DNA of 64,000 nucleotides from Haliotis cracherodii (Eukaryota). Under the pieces are notes generated by a model. That model saw only the letters and a list, made by a program, of their open reading frames with translations, was not told the origin of the DNA and made no database searches. The stretch lies in NCBI RefSeq assembly GCF_022045235.1, contig NW_027266319.1, positions 52,266,001 through 52,330,000 of the forward strand, given 5' to 3'. The translations under genes and the position numbers were made by a program. Shown one piece after another: positions 26,101 to 38,375 of the stretch (position 1 is the stretch's first letter; each line of letters opens with the position of its first letter).

Positions 26101-27408
26101 ATAGATACTAAGGTAAATTCATAGATTGCTGTAGATTGTCACTACGATAGTTTGGATTTTTGGGTTGTTTTTTTTCTCTAGGATGGGTATCCTTGAACGG
26201 CATGCAACCAAACTGTATGACTTATCCCAGAGTATGCTAAGACGCTACGTTCAAAATTAAATTGTCTAAATGATGAAAAAAACCGCTTCTGTATGAATTC
26301 TTACTTGGGAATTCCCAGGGTTTTCCCCAGGAATGTGGAAGTAGTCAGTGTTTACGTAATTTCAAGAATACATTCACCTGATAAACGTCATGTGACCCAC
26401 CTCTCGTCCCATGGAAAAGCCGTATATCGTGTAAACTTCACATTACAAAATTAGTTACTGTTATAACCAAATGAAACACAACCCATTATCCGATAGAGGT
26501 AACTGTTCATAGCGGAGGGATATGTTATCTCAATAAACTTGGTAGCATGGTTTGGTTTGACTTCTTGGCACGTGTCTGAATTCCATTAACATGTTACATA
26601 TCCTAAAACTGACTTATCAGCAATTTTTTAGTCGTTTTTCCGTCCAATGACCATATACGGAAAAAAACGTCGTTTTCGTGTTTGCAGTGCATGCTGAGAT
26701 GTCAAGTTCAAGCTTTGAGGCAGCCATTGAAAGGGACCAGTCATTAATTGTTCCATTCTTTTTTTCCAAAAAAGTTGGCCCAATCTTTTTTGGCCCAGTT
26801 TGTTTTGGCATGAATTTCTTAAAAGTGTTTAACACAATTTAATACAACCATGTGTATAACAGACATAATAGGTTTTGCTTTATTTGCACCTCTTTTGAGG
26901 TTACTATTATTTTTATTTATCTTTATTGTTTTTTATAATTTCATTTCAAAATGCAGTGGGAATTTATCTTATTTTGTAACTATAGAACATTAACAATCGT
27001 TAGAAAATCCACAAGCATCCCAGTTGACACTGAATAATATAATAACAAATGTATATATAACGATATATACTGATTTGGGGTTTTTCATAGACAATATTGC
27101 CTATTATTTTGATTAATTACATTTCCAAATGAAACTATTTCATTAAGAATAACATATTCTAATATGTTGATGGCAAAACAATAGTGATATGCACCAAAAG
27201 TAGTCCCATATTCCATACAATTAGCACGGAAGAGATATTTTCATGTTTTAGCGGCCATCTTGGCGGCCATCTTGAATATTTTAAAATGCCCAAAGATGAC
27301 AGAGTGTCATCAGTCAATTTCATAACCTAGAATGTGTACTTAAACAAATCCAGCAATAAAAAAAACTTTATCCCCCAATTCTTGGATTTTGTCCTCTCTG
27401 CCGGACTA
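23197..27408. mobile_element. Non-autonomous DNA transposon, 4212 bp, with long imperfect TIRs; Academ-like
   Basis: Termini TAGTCCGGCAGAGA...TCTCTGCCGGACTA; inverted similarity over ~180 bp (23197-23380 vs 27234-27408); 3-bp direct repeat TCA on both flanks. No recognisable transposase ORF. Confidence 0.85.
24950..25207. mobile_element. Small MITE-like element built of (GCGACAA(T/C))n motifs in both orientations, nested in the 4.2 kb element
   Basis: Repeated GCGACAATGCGACA and TGTCGC motifs; ends ATGG...CCAT. Confidence 0.5.
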
Positions 27409-27409
27409 T

Positions 27410-28235
27410 CAACAAAACCGCCGAAAGCAAACTACGAACTAAGTCTGTATTTGCAACATTAACAAATGCGCCTCAAAAGCAAATTAATCAAGCAATTATC
27501 AACATACGAACATAATCTGTATTTACACAATTAACACAACCTTTCAAGCAAACTACAAGCTCAGTCTGCATTTACACCATCAACAAAGCCTTGCAAGCAA
27601 ACTACAAGCTTAGTCTGTATGTACACCATCAACAAAACCTTGCAAGCAAACTACAAGCTTAGTCTGTATTTACCCATCAACAAAACCTTGCAAGCAAACT
27701 ACAAGCCTAGTCTGTATTTACCCATCAACAAAACCTTTCAAGCAAACTACAAGCTTAGTCTGTATGTACACCATCAACAAAACCTTGCAAGCAAACTACA
27801 AGCCTAGTCTGTATTTACCCATCAACAAAACCTTGCAAGCAAACTACAAGCTTAGTCTGCATTTACATCATCAACAAAATCTTGCAAGCAAACTACAAGC
27901 CTAGTCTGTATTTACCCATCAACAAAACCTTTCAAGCAAACTACAAGCTTAGTCTGTATTTACCCATCAACAAAGCCTTGCAAGCAAACTACAAGCTTAG
28001 TCTGTATTTACCCATCAACAAAGCCTTTCAAGCAAACTACAAGCCTAGTCTGTATTTACACCATTAATAAAGGCTTGCAAGCAACCTACAAGCCTAGTCT
28101 GTATTTACGCCAACAACAAAACCTTTCAAGCAAACTACATGCTAATTTTGTATTTACACCATCAAAACCTCCCAAGCAAACTGCAAGCTTAATCTGTATT
28201 TACACCATCAACAAAGGTTAGCAAGCAAACTACCA
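27410..28235. repeat. Minisatellite, 48-49-bp unit CAACAAAACCTTGCAAGCAAACTACAAGCTTAGTCTGTATTTACCCAT, about 16 copies
   Basis: Tandem periodicity beginning at the right TIR of the DNA transposon. Confidence 0.95.
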
Positions 28236-29627
28236 ACGTTTCGTAACTTTCCGGATATAATACTCTTTCATTTGATTCTTAATTGTAAGTTTATTGAGGC
28301 CTGGCAGACCCGAGTTTCCAAGTCGGTGCCTCTGGACAAGCTGATTTTTGTTCACTGATTACTTTCGTGAAGACTTAATCAATATTCTGGAGGACAATAT
28401 TGTCACTCGGAATAATTTGTGTTCCCTCTGCCGTCTGTCAAGGGTTTAAACGCGAATGACGGTTGATGAAGGACCTCGTTTTGAATGTCGGTTCTGCCAG
28501 TTGATTCCAGACTGAGGCAGTGCAATGTGAAATTGAATGCCGCGAGAAACGTAACGGCATGGAAATCAGGTTGGGTAAAATCGTTTTGGTCACGATTCAC
28601 AAGAGCTAGCGGGGTAGGCTGCTCGTTATGTGTCCATCTAATTGATTTGATTTTGTTTAAGAGATGGCATCGGCTGATGTCCCTACCGCTTCTGAGACTG
28701 GTTCATGAATCAACTTTATTGTTTTACGACAGAGTTCGACTTAACGCGAACAGGATCTACGACCTCTCAAGGTCACGGAATCTTCTTGAAGGGAATCTCA
28801 CTGTGACGCACACTCAAATTACACAAACGATGCTATGAGCTTTGGATACCGACCGTTGTATTCGATATTCAGGAATGGGTAAGGAGAAAAAACATATAAG
28901 GCTCCAAATTTAGGAGAGAGAAACATTGAACGTTGGCCAAGAATATTAAACGGTCGGTCCCTGACACGCATGCGGTATTGTATGGCATATCGTCGTGATA
29001 CAAATCCAGAGCCAATGGGGACGTCCCCTGATCAGATACGTCACTGCCAACGTCACTTTCAACGCCAACGGCAGTTTCAACGTCAACATCAACGCCCTTC
29101 TGTTGAAGAAGGTTGTTATTGCAAGATACCATGTTACCATTTCACGATTACCCGATCAGTAACTTTTCTTTACCGTGTCATCATTTGAGTTTTTCATGTA
29201 ATTGTGGTATAGTCGGAATTGTACAATGATTTTGGAAAGGGCTTTATCGATTTTATTTCCGTTGAATGCGTACTCTGCTGGCCAGTGACCATGGCTGGTG
29301 ATTTTGGTTTGAACGCCACAAGCTTATGATTTCATCAAATGTCAGAGATGGTAGGCTTGTTATATTTTACCCCTGAGACCTTGATGACTTTGTCGGGCAT
29401 ACACAGGTGATGTGTCATGGGAGTAAATAGGCAACCACGCGCTTTGTTTAACTACTGGTGCGTTTTGATTTGAGTAAATGTGGGATGATATTCAAGAAAG
29501 GCCACCAGAAGTCACCCCCCTTGAACTTTACTAATATCCATTTTGTTTCATTTGAATGAATGGTGAATACCGCTACCTTTCCCATTCTGTTTCACGTAGG
29601 TCGGGGTCACTGATAATGTCTTCGCAT

Positions 29628-29877
29628 GAGTGAGTTGGGTCTAACGCCCCTTTTAACAGTATTCCGGTGATTCGCGTGTGTCAGTTTAATGTGGGAGGAA
29701 AGCCAGAAGTGATGCAGGTCTCAGACGTTTACCACTTTGGTGAAACCCACAATCACCGGTAAGGTGGTGACACATTTAGAAATATAATCAGGGTGAACCG
29801 GGATTCGAACCCACAATCACAGGTTTCTGGCCTAATGGACGCTACACTTCACAGCGAGTTGCGGTACCCGTTCCCCC
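29628..29877 (-). mobile_element. SINE family A copy (diverged)
   Basis: Reverse complement of the consensus, with deletions. Confidence 0.88.
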
Positions 29878-30062
29878 AATGTCATTCAGTCAAACGTTAA
29901 AAGAGTGTGCTCTTTAAACTGTAATGGCGATATGATTTAAATACTTCTGTATAAACACATCGCATTCCATTTTGGCATTTTCTGTCATTTCATTGGTTGG
30001 TCTAGAAGGCGAACAAACAAATATGCAGTTCATATGCTGATTAACTTGCTTCCTTCAAAAAG

Positions 30063-30345
30063 AGGTGGCACGGGTGGCCCAGTCGTCTAAGGCGCCGCGA
30101 TTCGCTGTGCAGAGTTGCGTCCCTTGGGCACGCCAGAAACCTATGATTGTGGGTTCGAAACCCAGTTCGCCCCGATGATGTTTCTAGGTTTGTCAGCACC
30201 ATACCCGTGCTCGTGGGTTTCACCGAAGTGATAAACGTCTGAGACCTGCATCACTTCGGGATTTCCTCACACATTAAGCTGACACTCCGTGATATAACTT
30301 GAATACTGTTAAAAGCGGCGTTAACCAAACTCACTCACTCACCCA
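30063..30345 (+). mobile_element. SINE family A copy
   Basis: Full length; TSD-like TCCTTCAA. Confidence 0.92.
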
Positions 30346-30778
30346 CTCCTTCAACTAGAGATATCACATCAACACTCGTCCATAATTTTTTTATCTACTT
30401 GCGTTGATATATTTTATATGACAAGATTCTCGAGTGAGATTCCCTAATATATATTCTTTGTTTTATATGATAGCTCTTGGAACCACACGCGGGTTGAAGG
30501 TTTAGAGGGTTGTGGTCTGAAGTGTGCTGGGCTTAGCACCCATCCTTGTCTGAGCGTTTTATTTATGGACGTTTTATAGGAGAACTGATATGCAGAGGCT
30601 TAACGTACTGAATGGCACCATAACTAAGTCATTTGGTCAAACTATGTTTTTAAACTAAATTGTAAGAATGATAAGCAACTATGATCATTTGCATTCAACC
30701 AACACTTATGAATGCATGATACAAAATGTACACCTCCTTTTATAAACACTATCCGCGTTTGGGTACATACGCGTAGGA

Positions 30779-31198
30779 CCTGTGAAGATCCGGGTTAGAA
30801 TTTATCTTCAGCAACCTATGCTTGTCTTAAAGGGTGACTTTGCTTGTCGTAAGAGGCGACTGACGGGATTGGTTCATGCATGTATCCCAGTTGCGCAGAT
30901 CGATGCTCATGATATCAGTCACTGGATTGTCTTGTCCAGACTCGATTTTTTCAGACTGCCGTCATATAGCTGGAATATTGCTGAGTACGGGTTTATAGAA
31001 ACAAACCAATGATCGTGGGTTCGAATCCCAATTCTAGGTTTGTCAGCACCAAACCTGTACTCGTGGTAAACGTCTGAGACCTGCATCACTTTGAGCTTTC
31101 CTCCCACATTAAGCTGACACGCCGCGATATAACTGGATTATTTTTCAAATCGGTGTTAAATCCAACTCACTCACTCACTCACTCACTCACTCACTCAC
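30779..31198 (+). mobile_element. SINE family C copy followed directly by a 5'-truncated family A copy with a long (ACTC)n tail
   Basis: Family C core 30779-31008; family A 3' part 31009-31198. Confidence 0.85.
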
Positions 31199-31539
31199 TA
31201 AGGTAACCATTGTGGCAGCTCGTGTCTTCACATTCCGCTTTTCTCAGACGGCTTCGTCCGTTGTTCAACATGAACATGGTGTTGTGTTAGGGTTTTGTTC
31301 CAGGTAATGGTATAATTAAAAACTGTTCACCTAAATTATTCAGGTTTAAATGTTGCCATTGCTGACGATAATTGTCTTTGGTTTAAGTTTGACAACAATT
31401 AATATTTCTTTTATAGCTACTTATAAATGCAGTTTTTCTCCGCGATTATTCTGATATGAATAATAGAGCAAAATAATCATCCAATTGTGACAACAAATAT
31501 GTTTCGCTGTCATTTTGAAAATTCGCTATATTTGGGATT

Positions 31540-31870
31540 TGTGTGTGTGGCTGCTTGTACTAATCCGGACTGAAGCCGATTTATAGTGCTAATCCACTGA
31601 GATATCATCAGACACAGATTACTGACTCCGAGCCTACCAGTCCTGGTTTTAGCCTCTGAAGGCCGAGCAGGGTAACAATAAGTACCATCTTTTTCAGCAA
31701 CGCATGCTAGACGACTAACGGGATCAGGAGATCAGACTCCCTGATGCATGTCATCCCAAATCGATGCTCATGATTTCAGTCACTAGAATACATGGTCCAG
31801 ACTCGATTACTTACAGACCGCCGTCATATAGCTGGAATTTTGCTGAGTTGGCGTTAAACAACAAACAAAA
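31540..31870. mobile_element. Family D SINE fragment (minus) adjoining a family C fragment (plus)
   Basis: GATTTATAGTGCTA...CAGACACAG is the reverse of the family D core; followed by GACTAACGGGATC...GGCGTTAAACAAC. Confidence 0.7.
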
Positions 31871-32218
31871 AACATGAAATATTGATCATGCCATTTGATG
31901 TAGCATGAGCGATAACGATAAGATCATAGCTATGTATCTTTAGTATGAGAGACATGTAATAAGATACATGTCTGTCTTTGAGTGTTTTGATTATTGAATC
32001 AAAAGATGAGATTACGGCAAAGTAAAAGATGCTTCAGTTTTAGATAGACTGACAAGGTTCCCTGCAATTCAATTCTCAACATGAATCCCTCTATTTTGAT
32101 TAATATAGATTAGAAAAAAAACGACGCATGTTATTATATCGTTATGAAACATATTACATTGTTAAATACAAAATTAAATTGTACAAAATTAAAGGTACTT
32201 TAATATTACAGTTATATA

Positions 32219-33600
32219 TACTCTTCAAAAATGGAACGCAAAAAAGGTTATTTATGGCCTTAGAGCCAAATTAGCCGACCAAGAGGTGCAAAATGAAGAG
32301 GTCTAATGTGGTTTTGTATCAGTGCCAAATTTCCAGGATAAAAATGATCACAACAAGGACATGCAAACAATTAGTCGGGAAATACGTACGATTCGGAACA
32401 AAAGGGCCATGCAGCAGCACTATTAATGGTATTAAAGTTCAGGGAGTGTGAATGCCTGTCAATCGAACAGTGACAGTTCAACAACGTGCCAAGATTAACA
32501 GAAGTGCAAAGAAACAACGTCATAGGACGCTTGCGGGCAGGGGAATCCCGATCAGCTATAGCCAGGGTATTCAATGAAGCGCCCAGCACCATCACAAGGC
32601 TATGGGATCGGTTTCAACGGCATGGGTCAACGGCCAAGGTCGGGACAACCAAGAGTAACCATCCCCGCCCAAGATCGCTTCATCCGACTGCGCCACCTAC
32701 GTGAAAGGACGACCACAGCCACCCCAACCGCATCCCAAATACCCGGACTGCGCAGAATCACCGACCAGACCGTACGAAACCGTTTAAGAGCAGCAGGTCT
32801 ACGAGCAAGACGCCCTGTTCGACGCGTCATATTGAGTCGACAGCATCATCAACAACGACTGCATTGGTGTCGTCAACACAGGGGGTGGCCTCAACTGCGA
32901 TGGAGAGATGTCTGGTTCAGTGACGAATCAAGATTTCTCATCTGTCGAGGGGATGGAAGAGCACGGGTCTTCAGACGTCGGGGAGGATGTTACGCCGGAA
33001 ACAGCGTACAGGAAGTGGACAGGTTTGGTGAGGGTAGCCGTTATGATGTGGGCGGCTATTTCTCATCTTGGCAGGACAGGTTTGGTCCATTTCCAGGGCA
33101 ATCGTACGGCTCAACGATTCATTAACGAAATTCTCCTACCACACGTCCTAACGATTGCCTGCCAACGATAACGGTGTATTCCAGCAGGACAACGCTCGAA
33201 CCGCATACAGCACGGATCACAAGAGACGGTCTACACAACAACAACGTTGATGTTCTCCCCTGGCCCTCCAGATCCCCGGATTTGAACCCAATAGAGCACC
33301 TGTGGGATGAATTGGATAGACTGCTACGCCGACGTCAACCACAACCCCAGACGTTGCAGCAGTTGGCTTTCGCGTTTCAGGCCGAGTGGGCTACCATTCC
33401 CAAGGATGTGATTCGCATACTCGTCTGTTCCATGGGCAGGATATGTCAGGCCGCTGCCAATTCCAACGGGATACATACACGTTATTGATGGTAGCTGACC
33501 TTCACCTTGGACTTTTCCTATGTACCGATAACTGAGATGACTACAATCACCAAGTGTTCTCTCCACAACATTATAGCTCAATATTTTGTAGGTTCCTCGT
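32219..33600 (+). mobile_element. Tc1/mariner element; left TIR present, right TIR not seen
   Basis: TA|TACTCTTCAAAAATGGAACGCA left end, related to the TIR at 3262; transposase remnants follow. Confidence 0.9.
32486..33488 (+). pseudogene. Tc1 transposase pseudogene (several frameshifts)
   Basis: PRLTEVQRNNVIGRLRAGES, VWFSDESRF, VMMWAAIS, QQDNA and PWPSRSPDLNPIEHLWDELDR motifs. Confidence 0.93.
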
Positions 33601-33608
33601 ATAAATGC

Positions 33609-33886
33609 GGGGGAACGGGTGGCCCAGTCGCCTAAGGTGCCGCGATACGCTGTGCAGAGTTGCGTCCCTTGGGCACACCAGAAACCTATGATCATGGGTT
33701 CGAATCCCGGTTCGCCCCGATTATGTTTCTAGGTTTGTAAGCACCATACCCGTGCTCGTGGGTTTCACCGAAGTGGTAAACGTTTGAGACCTGCATCACT
33801 TCGGGCTTTCCTCCCACATTAAGCTGACACACCGTGATAAAACTGGAATACTGTTAAAAGCGGCGTTAAACCCAACTCACTCACTC
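33609..33886 (+). mobile_element. SINE family A copy (partial second tail to ~34000)
   Basis: Near-consensus copy. Confidence 0.92.
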
Positions 33887-35188
33887 AATCATCAAAGTGG
33901 TAAATATCACTTCATCACTTCAGGCTTTCCCCCAATATCAGACTGACACGCCGTGACATAACTTAAGGCGCCGTTGAACTCAACTCACCAACTCACTCAC
34001 TGATCTACAAACAGTATTATTACTGTCCCTTGGACATATATTTAAGGTTATATGAGACACAAATGAAAAATGTTATTTAAAACATTCCAAATAAATTCGT
34101 TCCGCGGCTTCTCACGTTCGGGCAATAACAAGTAGGTCAATCGTTGGCGCGTGGAAGAGCCCGGATGTGCTCTCTAGGGCGTGATAACATATCGGTTAAT
34201 ACTGGGAATTCGCAAAATGACACTCTTGCAATATCAGAATGAATATTCACATTTTCTACACGGGTAATTATCCTCTGAACCACATATCCATCATGTCAGT
34301 TATACAAAAAAACACAAGAACATCAAAAACACGGCTATCTACGACGGCTATTGCTAACAACCGCTTCCTTTCACCGCCACAATTGATTATACGTGAAGCT
34401 TTCCATCGGACACTTATGTTGATTTAGTCAAGCTTTTAAAAAACCGACGTTCTTTGATTAAAAACCTGACAGTTCCGTTCCAACGACAAAACCAAAGTTG
34501 TTCACACCGTAACGGGAAAAGCAATATTGATTTGAAAAACATGTTTAGGGAAAATATAGAGCGATTAAGTTGGCCTCCTCATACTCTACGGCATTGCTTT
34601 TTCTTTGAGACGCTGTAGGGAATTCACTGAGGTTATTTCGCACACCAGTAAGCCATTACAATGGAGGCAGTAATTCGCTCATGTCCATTTAGCGGGGACA
34701 CCAGCATTTAACCTGTGCTTGGCACCAAGCTTACATTAATAGCGACAGTATTGATCACGGATGTTATAGAGGAATGAATATTTACCGATATTTGCCGATT
34801 CCTACTACAAATACAGCAGTGAAGATCAATGGATCCGTCAATCCCCGAACCCGCCATTAGAATACGTTCCAACGGTGAAGGGTTATCGCCTAGCATATTC
34901 AATAAGGTTATTATTCTATCTAAACATTTTCACAATAATTGCGGAATACCAAAGAAGGAGATTCTTCCTTCGGTTAACGTAACCGAAGATCGATTCGATC
35001 GGAATATCGTGCTTGTTGCAAGACTCGGGATGAATTATGAGGTTGATAAATATGCTGGGGCGGAGATATGCGACTAGAACCCTGTAAATACAGGACAAAT
35101 CTCGCACATCGCAGTATGCTCGTAAATCTTCTCGAACACAGAAATGGAAACAGACTGGAAAGTCAGTATTTCGCACGAAATAGAAATA

Positions 35189-35249
35189 TACTCTTCAAAA
35201 AACGAAACCCAAAGCCAGATTTGTGTGAGCTAGGAAAATGCATTTATAC
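35189..35249 (+). mobile_element. Orphan Tc1 terminal fragment
   Basis: TA|TACTCTTCAAAAAACGAAACCC resembles the TIRs at 3262 and 32219; interrupted by a SINE. Confidence 0.6.
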
Positions 35250-35756
35250 GAGTGAGTGAGTGAGTGAGATGGGTTTAACGCCGCTTTTAACATTATTCCA
35301 GTTATATCGCGGCGTGTCAGCTTAATGTGGGAGGAAAGCCCGAAGTGATGCAGGTCGCAGACTTTTACCACGAAACATAATCAGGGCGAAACTGGGACAG
35401 GAACGAAAGATTTTTTTAAAGGGTCTCGGGCATGCCAAGGAGACGCAATTCCGCACAGCGCATTGTGGCAACTTAGATTACCCAGTTCGATTCCTCACAT
35501 GGGTACAATGTGTGGAGCCAATATCTGGCGGCCCCCCGTTAAATCCCATCTCAACAATCTTCTGATCATGCTTTGTTATTTCAGAATTCCATGTTAGCAA
35601 TATTTTAACAATGGGAACAAGGGTATACATTTCAATACTCACTGGCTGTGGGATAGACTATTAGTTAGAGTTCAATTCATTGTCTCGTAACTTAAATCCG
35701 CCGTGGTATTGCTTGAATAGTGCTAAAAGCGGCGTAAAGCCATACTCACTCACTAA
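35250..35756. mobile_element. SINE cluster: family A (minus, 35250-35480) and a split family B copy (plus)
   Basis: Family diagnostic segments and (ACTC)n tails. Confidence 0.8.
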
Positions 35757-37110
35757 CTTAAATATCGCTGTGGAAGTAGGGTAGTCTAGTGGTGAAGGTG
35801 TTTGTACGCTTTTGGGTATGTGTGAATCTAATTGATTGTCCGGTCATGATATAGCTGGAATATTGCCCAAAAAAGGTGTAAAACCATACTAACGCAAATA
35901 TTGCAGCTATGCTGCTAAAGCCACAATCACCACCCACGAAGGGACAATCGAATAAATGACGTGTGCGGCATACTCCCACAAACTCTCCAAAAGTGGCATA
36001 TATGAAAATGATGACAATCCTCAATGACATTTGAAAAACAAATAATACAGAAATCACGATACCAAAGTAAACTATTTATCAACAGAACTAACGAAACACA
36101 ACCAACACACCTACATCTGTTTTTGAACAGGCACAATCGTTTTGTTTTTCTTCTTGTTTTATCTACGATAGTTATGATGTTCATTTTAGAGTAAAAATAT
36201 AACAATAAAAAGCTGGTTTTTATTCATTTGGCTCAACTGTAAAAACCTTGAAAAGTTTATTTTGCCTCTTGGGAACTTTCAAACCCGTCAGTCCCTACCC
36301 CAAAACCGACACCGACTGTTGTATTGCACCCTAAATCTGCTCAAACATGCCAAGCTTTCACGACCCAGTAAAATCTAGAATATCTAAGGTCGTAATTTCT
36401 ATATTTATAACCCTTGCGTAAATAGAAGTGAAAACATTTATGCCAAACCATTTTTATGGTTCTAAGTTAATACGAACCGCATTCTAGGATATTGACAACG
36501 ACATTTTCAATAAGCGAGTTCATTTCAGTAGGTGATCGTGTCTTAAAATATAGTTCCACCAGTAGATAGCAATTCTAGCTTTACACGAAACACGCTTTAA
36601 CTATCAGACACTGGGACTGCGTGCGATATCGAGCATAGAATCCGTCTTTCTGCGATTGATCCTCAGTGTCAAAACACGTAAGCTAGATAAAAATATCCTA
36701 TTATTGATGTGGCAATGCCCGAATAAATCTTTCGAGATTCAATTTCTCCGAGTCGGTCCTATTTCATGAATTTAATCATAACCAGTAAGGTAAGGCTTCG
36801 TTTGATACCAGGAACTATTGGCCGTCTGGATTCCTTGTGGGTTATTGATTATCCCATAAATCTTGCTCTAGTTTTTATGCCCCTTCTCTTCATTTTGCAA
36901 ACACTAGAGTCTAAAAAGTTTATCCATTTGCGACAAAAACTGTCCCTCTATTGACTGATGCCATATCTGGACTTGAGTTTTCTATTTTGCGTATTGCCGA
37001 CCAGCGTTCGTTAATTGATTTAGCTTCTTCTGGTTTAGGCTTAATGTGGTTTTAATTTCTCGGTACAAAATGAAAGCTGTATGATGTAATAGATGGTTGT
37101 TTTCTTTCAG

Positions 37111-37250
37111 GTCCGCGCTTCTGGGGGAATCTCAGCCCTGATTGGTCCTTATGCGCAACAGGAAAGTACCAATCACCGATCGATATTAAACCACGTGCCC
37201 TTCTCTTCGATCCCAGTCTTCGTCGGCTCACTATAGAAATACCAATAACG
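37111..37250 (+). CDS. CA10: Internal coding exon (140 nt, phase 1-0) of the CA10-like gene: (G)PRFWGNLSPDWSLCATGKYQSPIDIKPRALLFDPSLRRLTIEIPIT
   Basis: Acceptor ggttgttttctttcAG; donor ACG|GTTCGT. Contains the alpha-CA QSPIDI motif and the CA10/CA11-type P-x-FWG...W-x-LC-x-x-G-K-x-QSP...FDP-x-L pattern. Confidence 0.93.
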
Positions 37251-37894
37251 GTTCGTAGTAATTGATTATCTACTCAAGATTTTTTTACACTGTTTAAACA
37301 CTGGGTAACAGCCAAGGATATCCTTGGATTTTTTAACACGAAACAAAGTTTAGAACTTAAGTCACTGTGTCAGATTGATACCGTATTCGACGTAATAAGC
37401 GCCCAAAATTAGAAATATAGGGCTCTAATTAGAATATTTTTTGTGTGGAAAAAACAGAGTTGAAAGATAAATTTCGTGGTTTATGCTGACGGCCTGACTG
37501 TTTATATACGACAGATATTTTTTTTCCAGAATTTAATTGCCCATAATTAAGAGTACATATAACACACGAGTGCGTTTTATACACGAATAAATAGGTCTTG
37601 TGTACATTGATAAATCAGAAGGGGTGCTAATTGGGATTGTTCACTTGCCAATATATCAGCAAATATCGCCGTCGGCGATTATTAGAGCGGGGTGCTTATT
37701 ACGTCGAATACGGTATAGACATTAGAGACATCGTCTGATGAAGAAATAGTACCTGGGTGTGCTGATTGTTAAATATGTTATTTATATGAACCAGAAGTAC
37801 TTTCAGGATATTGTGTGTTTTTTTGTGAAAGATTAAATCTCGTTTTTGGGGTTTGTTTTTTAACCATATTTGAAGATTCCATATTGACCTCTTC

Positions 37895-38375
37895 AACGAT
37901 TTAATACCACATCGTTGAAAAAACATTTGCCCGGAGAGTGAAATGTCTGTGGTTCGATCCCCTGACCGCATCATACCAAAAACGTTAAGAGATTGTGCTT
38001 ATTGTTTCCTTGTCTGGCATTCGGCATTGACGGGCTAAAACATATACTGTGTCTGAGTGGGGTATCCATGTTAAATTGCAGTATGGCATCTCAGTGGGGT
38101 ATCCATGCTAAATTGCAGTATGGCATCTCAGTGGGGTATCCATGCTAAATTGCAGTATGGCATCTCAGTGGGGTATCCATGCTAAATTGCAGTATGGCAT
38201 CTCAGTGGGGAATCACGTGTCCGGGCTAGTATAAGCACACCCACATAAACACACACACACGCACGCACGCACGCACGCACGCACGCACACACACACGCAC
38301 ATGCACATACACGTCTCTGTAGAAGCCCAATAGTCCTGTAAGCGACCTCAAGCCCAAGTTCACTTCATCAAACCT
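37895..38375 (+). mobile_element. SINE family D copy with an internal 37-bp tandem amplification (4 copies, ~38058-38209) and a CA/GCAC microsatellite
   Basis: GGTTCGATCCC B box; unit GTGGGGTATCCATGCTAAATTGCAGTATGGCATCTCA. Confidence 0.8.

Noticed and set aside
1325-28235. Minisatellites as CRISPR-like arrays
   Set aside because: Units are contiguous with no unique spacers, the context is eukaryotic, and there are no cas genes.
30474-30508. Alternative upstream CA exon SWNHTRVEGLEG
   Set aside because: Weak donor and poor motif match; exon 343-390 fits far better.
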